Source of the DNA: an uncultured virus (IMG/VR IMGVR_UViG_3300030101_004641) | Lineage: Duplodnaviria; Heunggongvirae; Uroviricota; Caudoviricetes | Length of the DNA: 64,000 bases | IMG/VR virus record: IMGVR_UViG_3300030101_004641 | Direction: 5' to 3' (one strand) | Part shown: piece after piece, positions 50,821-60,179 of the stretch | How the letters are laid out: the number at the start of each line of letters is the position of its first letter | Numbering within the stretch: position 1 is the stretch's first letter | Program-made: the position numbers and the translations under genes | Notes under the pieces: generated by a model | What the model was told of the DNA's origin: nothing | Database searches by the model: none | Seen by the model: the letters and a program-made list of their open reading frames with translations, nothing else

Positions 50821-52070
50821 ACTCTAGCCGCTCCTCTTGCTTGATTGAAATCTCTATTCTCTTTATAACGCCTAAACATCTCTTGTTGCAAGTCTGTAAT
50901 TCTTTGTTGACTACCAGCAGTCTCAAGTGCTTTTCTTTGTTGTAATCCTCTTTCCGCTGTAGTTAAACGCTCTTGAGCTCCAGTGGTTTCAATTCCTAAT
51001 CGTTGCTGAAGACCTGCTTCTGTAAGACCTAATCGTTGTTGTAGTCCTCTCTCTGCTTCTGTTAAACGCTCTTCTGTTCCTCTAAGACCAATTTGTCTTT
51101 CCTGACCAGATAATAATTGTTCTTGAGTTAACCTTGCTTGTTCTCCCAGTGTTCCTGCTGTTAAACGGTCTTCTGCTCCTCTAAGACCAATTTGCCTTTC
51201 CTGACCAGCTAATAATTGTTCTTGAGTTAATCTTTGTTGCTCTCCTCCTGTAGCCAAAGTTAATCGATCTTGTTCTCCCGTTGTCGCTGCTGTTAATCTT
51301 TGTTCCGCTCCTGCTTTGCCCAAAGTTTCCCTCTCTTCTGTTCCTGTTTTCCCTATTATGTCCTGCTGACCTTGTATTTGATCTGCTAAAGTTAATCGAT
51401 CTTCTGTTCCTCTTTTACCTAGTATGTCTTGCTGACCTTGTATTTGGTCTGCTAAAGTTAATCGATCTTCTAATGCTTGTTTTCCAATTACTCCTTTCTG
51501 AGCTGTCGCTTGTGTGTCTATAGTTAACCTATCTTCTGTTCCTGTTTTTCCGATTATTCCTTTCTGAGCTTCTGCCTGTGTGTTGATTATTCCTTTTTGA
51601 CCTTCTATCTGATCTGCTAAAGTCTTTCTTGTTTCATCTCCGGCTGTCTGCATATTAAAGCGTTGCTCAGTCCCAGCTGCCTGTCCTTTTTTAATATCTA
51701 GCGATGTAAAAAAGTCAGCATTAACTCTATCTAATGCTGCACCAAATTCCATATTTAATTGTTGTTGTGAAGCTGCTGTTTCATTCAAAGCAGTTTGTGT
51801 GGCTAATGATTGACTACCGGTCTGTATAACATTTGTATCACCAACTTTTACATTTCCTAACTCATCTTTAGCCTCTGGAGTTGTTGGAGTTGATCCACCT
51901 TTGTTTTGAGGTATTGGACCAACAAAATCATCGCCATATTCCGTAACATCTCCTGGCTCTTTCTTTTTTAAACTAGGTACAGTTGCTTTTCCTGATGTAA
52001 GAAAAGCCATATAATCGGTACCAGCTACTGATTCTGGACCTGAAGGAGTTTTATCTTTTGACTCACTCAT
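50817..52070 (-). CDS. Probable internal virion protein with 11-residue repeats
   Basis: Repeated G(T/A)E(D/E/Q)RLT units. Confidence 0.6.
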   Translation of the reverse strand: MSESKDKTPSGPESVAGTDYMAFLTSGKATVPSLKKKEPGDVTEYGDDFVGPIPQNKGGSTPTTPEAKDELGNVKVGDTNVIQTGSQSLATQTALNETAASQQQLNMEFGAALDRVNADFFTSLDIKKGQAAGTEQRFNMQTAGDETRKTLADQIEGQKGIINTQAEAQKGIIGKTGTEDRLTIDTQATAQKGVIGKQALEDRLTLADQIQGQQDILGKRGTEDRLTLADQIQGQQDIIGKTGTEERETLGKAGAEQRLTAATTGEQDRLTLATGGEQQRLTQEQLLAGQERQIGLRGAEDRLTAGTLGEQARLTQEQLLSGQERQIGLRGTEERLTEAERGLQQRLGLTEAGLQQRLGIETTGAQERLTTAERGLQQRKALETAGSQQRITDLQQEMFRRYKENRDFNQARGAARV

Positions 52071-52123
52071 ATCTGTAAGAAATTAATAAATTTATTCTAA
52101 ACTGAGTAAACTATCTACAGTTA

Positions 52124-52996
52124 TCACCCAGCTGTAAACGTCGCAGTAGGTGGCCTCATTCCAACCCCAGCCATTCTTGACGCAGCGTCTAGTTGAGCAG
52201 CTACAGCTAAATCTTTTGCAGCGGATTCTTGGGCTGCTGCTAATAAACGTGTTTGTACAGCATTAGGTAGTCCCTGTTTAATTGCTTCTGCCTCTAAAAG
52301 CTGTTGTTGTTTAAAAGTTGAAACATCCTTTAAATCCTTAATTACTTTTGGACTTACTGCAGCATAATTAAGAAATTCTAATGCAGAATCTAAAACTCTC
52401 CCTTTTCTTGAGACTGTGTCTTCTGCCTTTTTAAAATCACCATATGCCTTAATAGCATCGTCTATAGAATCTACTGGATTTGTACTTGCCTTCTCAATTT
52501 CAGTTTTTAATTTATCTTTAATTGCTTTACTTAATTTAAAATCAGTAGGTTGCCCACCAAAACCTCTTAGGGACTTTGCACCTCCTAGTAATCCACCACC
52601 TTTTTGATCAAAATCGGTAAGACCAAATGTTTTGGCATCCATAATTGAAGCTAAAGCTCCTAGTGCACCTGTAGGTCTATCTTTTCCTACTAATCTACCT
52701 GATTTAGGATCATAAACTTGTTCACTGTATTTTGCACCCCCGCTACCAAGACTTTTTATTTTCTCTAAGAAAGTATCAGCTTTTTGTGCAACCGGTACTA
52801 CAGGTATTAAACCTTTTCCATAATTTATCTCTGGAAGAGCACGAGCTGCATCCATTGTGATTCCTTTGAATTCTGCAAGTTCAGAAAGAGTTTGAGGTAT
52901 TTTTTTGTTTTCCTCTACTAGATCAACATTTCTCTTCCCAGTGCCGAAATCAAGACCTTTAAATTTAAACGGCAATAAATCTAAAAAATCATTCAT
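52124..52996 (-). CDS. Probable internal virion protein
   Basis: Helical, Gly/Ala-rich; in cluster upstream of terL. Confidence 0.45.
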   Translation of the reverse strand: MNDFLDLLPFKFKGLDFGTGKRNVDLVEENKKIPQTLSELAEFKGITMDAARALPEINYGKGLIPVVPVAQKADTFLEKIKSLGSGGAKYSEQVYDPKSGRLVGKDRPTGALGALASIMDAKTFGLTDFDQKGGGLLGGAKSLRGFGGQPTDFKLSKAIKDKLKTEIEKASTNPVDSIDDAIKAYGDFKKAEDTVSRKGRVLDSALEFLNYAAVSPKVIKDLKDVSTFKQQQLLEAEAIKQGLPNAVQTRLLAAAQESAAKDLAVAAQLDAASRMAGVGMRPPTATFTAG

Positions 52997-52997
52997 T

Positions 52998-53768
52998 TTA
53001 GTAGTTGTATTGGGTTGTTAAAGCTTGACCAGCTTGCTGTGCAGCTGTTGTGCCAAGTTGTCTTGTTGCTGCAGCCATACCTTGAGTTAGAGCTGCATTT
53101 GTTGCAATATTCTGAGCAATACCTCTAGATGCCATACTTCTTGCAAAGTCATCCTTCTTAGCCTGTTCAGAAAACTTACGTAGTGTAGGAAGAACAATAT
53201 TTGTCGCATCTCTCAAAGCTTCAGCATCTTTTTGAGTCCTTACTCTTCTACCTGCATCAAGACCTAAAGGACTTAAAACATCAAGGGGTAGTCCTGATGG
53301 ACCTACATTACCATAAGGTCCCATTCCTGGAGGTATAGCAACACCACCTAAACCTTCATTACCAATTGACCCATATCCTGCTAATCCAGCAGCTCCTTCT
53401 GCAACATTTCTTGCTGGTCTGCCTAAAAATCCAGCTGTTGATCCTCCAGCAAGCGCACCTAGTCCTAATGGTATACCTGCTGTGGCAACACCTTGTAAAG
53501 CTTGAGCTCCTGCAGTTCCTGCTAAACCTCTTTTTGCTGCTTGTTCAAAAATTGCTTTATTTGCTGCAGATACTCCCTTTCCAGCTACAGAACCCAATCC
53601 TGCAGTACCTAAAGCTCCTAATCCTCCACCTACTAATGCTCCTGCTAAATCTCCTCTCATAATTGAGGGGGCTGCACCTGCAGTAATACCAGCTGCTCTG
53701 AGAAGTAAAGGTAGTTTTAAAGCTCCTACCTTAGCTAATGCTGGCATAAATGCTCCGGCCATCAACAT
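52998..53768 (-). CDS. Glycine-zipper membrane-active protein (probable ejection protein)
   Basis: Long Gly/Ala hydrophobic stretches; helical C-terminus. Confidence 0.55.
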   Translation of the reverse strand: MLMAGAFMPALAKVGALKLPLLLRAAGITAGAAPSIMRGDLAGALVGGGLGALGTAGLGSVAGKGVSAANKAIFEQAAKRGLAGTAGAQALQGVATAGIPLGLGALAGGSTAGFLGRPARNVAEGAAGLAGYGSIGNEGLGGVAIPPGMGPYGNVGPSGLPLDVLSPLGLDAGRRVRTQKDAEALRDATNIVLPTLRKFSEQAKKDDFARSMASRGIAQNIATNAALTQGMAAATRQLGTTAAQQAGQALTTQYNY

Positions 53769-53810
53769 AATTTTACTCTCTTTCTAAATACTTGTTAGCA
53801 ATATTCTAAA

Positions 53811-54035
53811 TTAACTATTCTTTGCCTTTAACTCCTCTTTTGCTTCAATCATATACTTATACAAAACATCCATATCTAACATTAAAACACCCTCTACTTC
53901 TACTACAGCCTCTGGAATAATCTTCTGTACTTGTTGTGCAGAGAAACCTGCTCTTAACTTCTGTTCAGGATCAAATTCTTTTTTATAACGAAATTGTATA
54001 GGTACTAATTGTTTTAATTTTTCAAGAGCACTCAT
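53811..54035 (-). CDS. Stand-alone C-terminal part of a Peptidase_S74 chaperone domain
   Basis: ALEKLKQLVPIQFRYK...AGFSAQQVQKIIPEAV...EAKEEL. Confidence 0.85.
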   Translation of the reverse strand: MSALEKLKQLVPIQFRYKKEFDPEQKLRAGFSAQQVQKIIPEAVVEVEGVLMLDMDVLYKYMIEAKEELKAKNS

Positions 54036-54696
54036 TTAAGTCTTTTACGAAGAACGCACATTCTGATAATACGTCATTTACGTCTGACTTACAAAGCGGA
54101 GCAATATCTTCTTTTAATCTAATATCACAGAAAAGTCCCCCAAGAAATCCACCTACTGCTCCTCCTATTGGACCAAATATACTACCTACTGCAGTTCCAA
54201 GAGCACTTCCAGCCATTCTCTTACTGTCCTTTTTCTGTTGCTGTTGTTGCTGCTCCATTTGTTGTACTTGTGCTCTTTCAACAGAATTGTCAGGTGGTGT
54301 ATACAAGCTTAAATTGTCTGCAACTCTAGATACACCTCCTCCTCCAGAACCTCTTTTTGTTGTAAAGTCTCTCAAAAACTTTTCTTCTTCTGATACATTT
54401 TTCTCTGGATTGTATGATCCTATCCCCTCTACTAATTTTCCTAAAAATCCTTTACCCGCATCTTCAGCCTGAAAAGGAATATTATAAGGTGATTGAAAAT
54501 CCCTGTAATCCATACCTGAGATACTTCCACCTAATATAGGAAAATCACTATTTTCTCTAAGTACAGGCATTTGTTGACTTAAGCCCTTTCCACGATTATC
54601 AAAATCAAAACGGTCGCCAGTGACCTTATCTAAGACCCCACCAGCGACTTTACCAAAACTAGGTAATATTGCACCAGCAATTCTTCCCAAAACCAT
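54022..54696 (-). CDS. Glycine-zipper protein ending in the N-terminal strand of an S74 domain
   Basis: GSALGTAVGSIFGPIGGAVGGFLGGLF-CDIRLKEDIAPL. Confidence 0.75.
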   Translation of the reverse strand: MVLGRIAGAILPSFGKVAGGVLDKVTGDRFDFDNRGKGLSQQMPVLRENSDFPILGGSISGMDYRDFQSPYNIPFQAEDAGKGFLGKLVEGIGSYNPEKNVSEEEKFLRDFTTKRGSGGGGVSRVADNLSLYTPPDNSVERAQVQQMEQQQQQQKKDSKRMAGSALGTAVGSIFGPIGGAVGGFLGGLFCDIRLKEDIAPLCKSDVNDVLSECAFFVKDLNECS

Positions 54697-55951
54697 AAGA
54701 CTATTCCTTTTTTAAAATTATAAAATATCTATGCACGGAGTCCTGTTCCATATATGCCTCGTCCAAAGATACCTACTTCATCTAAAAGACTTTTTTCAAA
54801 TGCTCTATCTGCAGCCATCGGATTTAAAGAGCCGGGATATTGAGCACCTGGAATTCTAGATTCAGCTCTTGCTTGCACTAAAGCCATGTCATGCATAAAT
54901 TTTTGATTTTGTAATTGCTGTGACTGTAAGAAGAGCTGCATATCTCTAGTTGCGGCATTAGTTGCCATTGGTTGTGAATATTTAGATTGTTGATCAAACA
55001 CTCTATCCGCTAATGATAAACCTACACCGGCAACTCCTAAACGTGCTGCACTCTCAGCTGCTCTAGGTAATGGACTTCTTTGTGATGCTCTTAATATAGC
55101 TGGTAATTCTGACTGTGCTAAGTTCGGCATAAATCTATCTGTGCCTGCTTTCAATGCTACTCCGGCACCATAATTTGCGAGTCTTCCAATTCCACTCGAC
55201 ATAGTATCAAAAAACTTTCCTAACTGCTGACCAGCTAATCCTTTTGTACTCATTACACTGCCACCGAATTACTTGGGAATCGACCAGCTATATTTGGATC
55301 CTGTACCGCTCCACCACCAGTTGCTGGTTGTGAGGATAGCTGAACTAAATTCTCTGGTCTTACTATTCTATCAGGCTCAATCAGTCCTTTACCTTCGGCC
55401 GTATTAGATCCTCCTAATGCTGAATAGTACTTTGTCAGAAAATTCTGTGCCTGAATATTATTCTGTCCTTCAAAAGTATTGCCATAAAAACCAGTTCTAT
55501 TATCAATTTCAAATTGTGCCCTTTGAGCCTCTTCTGTTGGAAAAGTCTGATAAAAACTATCACTTCTAGGACTTGATTTAAATTTACCTAAAAATGGATC
55601 GGGCTTAAAAAAATCTTGAGAAGGTTTGGTAGGTCCTGTAGTAAAACTTGGAATTTTTTTACCTCCCTTAACAGCTTTATCGCTTGGTGTTTCTAATCTT
55701 CTGTTTAGGTTAGTAATTTTTACCATGGTTATGATTCAAATAGTGCCTTCTCTAATTGTGCAACAAGTAAATCATCTACCTTGTTACCACTTTTAGCTGC
55801 TGCTTTTTTTAAAATAGAAATTAAAAATTTCTTAAGTAGTTCATCTAAGTCTTCTGGGATTTTGTCAACTGCCTTGTTAATTACATTGATTGCAATTGGA
55901 AGTAAAAATTTAGTCATAATTTTGTCCTGATAATAATAATTTAGCAAAGGT

Positions 55952-57430
55952 TTATTGATCTATACCATAAGCCATTCCTGTTTTGTCTTTAATAGATTTC
56001 TTAGCAAGATTAAATAATTTACCGAAAGATTCTTTAGGTAGAGAATTATCCTCTACCATTTCATTTAAAGATACAGCCATTGGAGTACTTATTTCAACAG
56101 AGTAAGGATTAGTTCCGCCAGTATTATCGTTAAGATTAAAAGTCGCAGTAGGAGCTTTATCTGCTGATAAATCTAAATTCATTGACTCTACAAATGAACT
56201 ACGTTTATTAGGCATAATTTTAGTAGTAAGTTGGTCTGCTTTTTCTAGTGTAGTCTTGGGCAGCATAGATTCTTGAGCGGCTATATATTCAGGATCTTTT
56301 CTTATTTCCTGCATATCAGTTTTGTTTGGTATTCCACCTATACTTCCCATTCTTATTGACTCTCTTCTTCTTCCTTCATCATCTAAATTCATAAATCCAC
56401 TGGCTATTGCTTCTTCATTAGCCATTTCTCTTTCTTTTAATAAATTTACTTGTCGATCTCCAGGAGAAATCATTTTATCAATAACATCTTCTTGTTGTTT
56501 TGGTGACAGTGTAGCTGCACCTCTTCTAATCATATTTTCAACTTCGTTTCTTCTTTGATTTAAATTTACTGTTGCTCCCGTATTCATGCTTCCGGGAATT
56601 GTATTGTCATCTTCACCACCAACTACATCTGGATGGTCTAATAAAGGTGAATCATCTCCAATCATTTGTTCTATCTCCATTCTTTCCCCTATTGCCCCTA
56701 AAAGTGCTTGATCAAGTCCTTTTTGTGATAAAAATTTTGCTAATTGATCTTTACCTACTTCCCCAATCATTTCCTCTGAAGGCTGACTATCTTGAGACTC
56801 ACTAAGAACCTCTGCAATATTTGGAGTGCTGTCAGCTATCTGTGATCCCTGTGATAATTTTCTATCGACTATGTTAGTTGCAGTTTGATTTGGTACATAA
56901 TCTTGTGCATAACTGTCAGCAGTTGTTGGATTTAACAAAGATTGATAATCATCCATCGGAACTGGGTTTAAACTAGTTTGAACAACTCTAGAAACCCCTG
57001 AACCCTTTCCTAAAGCTCTACGATCCATCCGATCTTGTAATTCTAATTTTTGCTGATGTTTTTCTGCATCTGCCTTCATTTGCAGCTTTATTTTTGCCAT
57101 TGCAGGAGTATCTGCTACCTCTTCTACAAGATTCTCCATAGTTACAGCTTCAGACTGCATAACGTCAGCTTGATTACGTAATTGCTCCTGTAAAGCTCTT
57201 TGTTCATTAGCTTGTGACTGTTTATATCCTTCACCAATACCTCTAAGACCCATTGCTCCTAAAGTTTTTACTAAATTTCCAGTTTTTTCCAAAATATTTG
57301 GTTTTCTTGCAAAGTCTTTCGTAAATTTATACACTTCAGGAGCCATTTGCATGCGAGACATAGCGTCAGCAGGCATTGGAACCCCAGTCATCCGTGAATA
57401 TAATTCGAAATCCTGTGGAGATACAGGCAT
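55952..57430 (-). CDS. Large low-complexity protein, probable internal virion protein
   Basis: 492-aa ORF; first gene of the minus-strand block. Confidence 0.5.
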   Translation of the reverse strand: MPVSPQDFELYSRMTGVPMPADAMSRMQMAPEVYKFTKDFARKPNILEKTGNLVKTLGAMGLRGIGEGYKQSQANEQRALQEQLRNQADVMQSEAVTMENLVEEVADTPAMAKIKLQMKADAEKHQQKLELQDRMDRRALGKGSGVSRVVQTSLNPVPMDDYQSLLNPTTADSYAQDYVPNQTATNIVDRKLSQGSQIADSTPNIAEVLSESQDSQPSEEMIGEVGKDQLAKFLSQKGLDQALLGAIGERMEIEQMIGDDSPLLDHPDVVGGEDDNTIPGSMNTGATVNLNQRRNEVENMIRRGAATLSPKQQEDVIDKMISPGDRQVNLLKEREMANEEAIASGFMNLDDEGRRRESIRMGSIGGIPNKTDMQEIRKDPEYIAAQESMLPKTTLEKADQLTTKIMPNKRSSFVESMNLDLSADKAPTATFNLNDNTGGTNPYSVEISTPMAVSLNEMVEDNSLPKESFGKLFNLAKKSIKDKTGMAYGIDQ

Positions 57431-57546
57431 TTTTAAACAATTAATAGATCTATAGACCTAATTTTAAGTTCTATACATTCGTCCCCCTAGAACGCCTTAA
57501 AAACCCTCAAATTTGGGAAAAAAAATCTTGAGGTATCAGGCCCCGC

Positions 57547-57704
57547 CTTACAAAATGTTACAATGTGAACAAAAAAAAAGAATATAGGGGGCATTGTTAC
57601 AGTATGTTACAGGTTTCATGGCGAAATGTTACAGTCTTATTGAGAATATTAAGAAAATATTAACCAATTTGTACAAATATCACCCAAATGTGACAATTGT
57701 TACA
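57547..57704. repeat. Cluster of TGTTACA repeats including HLR1-like direct repeats
   Basis: TGTTACA at 57556, 57595, 57605, 57627, 57698; CTTACAAA-AT-GTTACAAT at 57547-57564. Confidence 0.75.
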
Positions 57705-57910
57705 GGTTTTTGCAGTACTGTCTCTTAGGCAGTACTACTGGACACAATAATATTTCATTTTGCAACACGATTAAGGCAAAATTACAACAATATGTAAAGT
57801 TTTTCCCGGTTTTGTTAATTTTTTGCTAAAAATTTGACATTTTACCCTCTTTTTATCCCTTTTTTGTGAAAAATTGTAAAGGATCAAGGCCTTGCGCCCA
57901 TATGTTAAGT

Positions 57911-57931
57911 TGTGGATAAAACTGTTGAAAA
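57911..57931 (-). promoter_or_regulatory. Paired DnaA boxes
   Basis: TTATCCACA (57911-57919, exact) and TTTTCAACA (57923-57931, one mismatch to TTTTCCACA). Confidence 0.5.
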
Positions 57932-58044
57932 CTCAAAATTATTAAACTTATTAACTTTTAAAGCAGTTATATAAGCGATCGGTTAGAATATATTTATAGA
58001 GTTTTTAAACTTAATTAATCCTATTTATTAGAGGACTTTAAACA

Positions 58045-58971
58045 ATGGCTACAAAACATACTGAAAGTATGAAAGCTTTTCAAAACAAACATAATCTAAG
58101 CTTTCAAAACTTTTTTACTTTCACTAATCCAAAAATCGAGAAAAATAACAAGATTGAAGAAATCCCAACCGCTTGCTTAATGCTAATGAATACGCCAAAA
58201 GCTTGTCCTGCAGCGGGTTCTTGCCGTTCTGTGTGTCTTATGACTAGTGGAAACCCTATTTATTTAGATGGGAAAATGAAATGCAGATTAAGAAGAAATA
58301 ACGCCTTTATGAATGATTATCAAATGTTTTTAAGGTACTTAGTTATTAATTGCTATAGACATTATTTTAAAAACAAGAATGCTTCAAAAGTGGCTTATAG
58401 ATTAAATGGTGTTTCTGATTATCCTTTTGAGTCTATTAGCGTTGAATTAACTCAAGAAGATACAGACTATATACAAAAGGCATTTAATATCTATATAGAG
58501 CCTATTAGGTATGGTTCAGTGATTGAAGCGGTTCAAAAGGGTTTAGATTTAGATAGAAATCAAGTACTTAAAAACTTTGCTCAATTCTATGATTATACAA
58601 AGAGAATAGATAGAGACTTTAAAAAAGCTAAGAATGAATTAAATTATCATTTAACCTTATCCCATGGTTCAAAATTCAATACATTCTCAAAAGCTATTGA
58701 AGAGGGTTTAAACTATGCAGCAGCTTTTAACCTTAAAAAATCCCAACCATTGCCAAAAACTTTTAACTATCAAGGTAGAGACTTAATAGTTATAGACGGG
58801 GATGTCAGCGATTGCCGCTTTTTAGATATTAATACAGATACCCATATCGTAGGCTTAAGATTCAAAATTGTAGCTAATAAGAATAATGCTGAAAAACTAA
58901 AATTTTGTATAGATACAAAGTCAGTTAATACAGTAAACGGAAATAAGTTTTACTTCCACGCTAAAAGCTAA
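58045..58971 (+). CDS. GP88-like Cys-cluster protein
   Basis: CPAAGSCRSVCL, RLNGVSD, FYDYTK, YHLTLS, DGD.SD.RFLD, VGLRFK. Confidence 0.75.
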   Translation: MATKHTESMKAFQNKHNLSFQNFFTFTNPKIEKNNKIEEIPTACLMLMNTPKACPAAGSCRSVCLMTSGNPIYLDGKMKCRLRRNNAFMNDYQMFLRYLVINCYRHYFKNKNASKVAYRLNGVSDYPFESISVELTQEDTDYIQKAFNIYIEPIRYGSVIEAVQKGLDLDRNQVLKNFAQFYDYTKRIDRDFKKAKNELNYHLTLSHGSKFNTFSKAIEEGLNYAAAFNLKKSQPLPKTFNYQGRDLIVIDGDVSDCRFLDINTDTHIVGLRFKIVANKNNAEKLKFCIDTKSVNTVNGNKFYFHAKS

Positions 58972-60165
58972 TAAATACTTTTATAACCTTTAATAAACCT
59001 CGCTTAATGCCTTTATACCTTTAATAGTATTTAAGGCATTCTGAGAGGCTTTTAAAGCTATCTCATGTAAAATTATTATTCATTTATTATGAAAAAAGTT
59101 GATTACACCATTAAAAAATTATCTATTTGTTTTGGTGAGAGAATAGGTCAGGATGTTAGACCTAGCCAATTAAGAATCAGAGGGAACTGGTTATTTTATA
59201 AATCAGATTTTAATGATTCTATAGAATGTTATTGGGCCAAGAATGCTCAATATAACAGCGGCGTATTATGTTGTGAACCTTGGGATGATTGTAAGCTCTC
59301 TGAGAGTCCTTTTATTCCACATAATCAGGATGAAGTCTTTAATACTTTAAAAAGATTAGATAGAGAATATCAAGAATATTTAAAAGAATACTCTTAAATT
59401 TAATTCTTTCCTTATGCCTTCCATAGTGTGGGCATAATGAAAGGTTTATACACCTTTCTTTGTACACTTATAGGTCAATTTATTTATGACTACTACATTA
59501 ACCGATTATGGAAAGTGTTTTTTGACTGCCTTTCCGCATGTTCACATTAAAACAGTCTTACAAAGATATTTTAATAAAGAACATTTATATAATGATGATG
59601 GCTCTTTAAAAGAGCATATAAGCAAAGTTGAAGAAGAGACTTATAAATATGGTGGGACAGGATTTAAATGCTATTGCCCCACTTTATTTGTGACTCTTGA
59701 ATACAAAATGGATGGGGTCGCTTACATGATTACCCATGAATATGCTTTGTATGAAAACATAGAAAGTTTAAAAGAGTTAGAAGAGACAAAAGATAATATT
59801 TGGAGTCAAGACCCTAGCGAAGAAATAGAGGGAGAATGTCTTGATCTTATAAATGCTTTTCACAATGGTATGGGGTGCGAATTATTAGATTATGAATAAG
59901 AAAGCTAACAAGATAAGGGTAAAAATTACCGCAGGGTGGGAGGATCTAAACTCCCTCTACTCCACTATCGAAAGCCATGCCCACTTCAAAAATTTTGAAA
60001 TTACTTTCAATAAAACTAAACAATGGAGAGACACACCTATCTATGAACAAAACATAGAACTAACAAAAATAGAGGGTAGGAAAAGCTAAACCCTAACCCC
60101 CCAAAAAAAATATCCATAATCAGAAAGTCACCCATTATTCTGATGGACAAACTTGCCCCAGCCTG

Positions 60166-60179
60166 GTATCAAATGATAC
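60166..60179. promoter_or_regulatory. NtcA-binding box
   Basis: GTATCAAATGATAC, intergenic, upstream of a TTGACA-N18-TAGGCT promoter (60224-60253). Confidence 0.6.
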
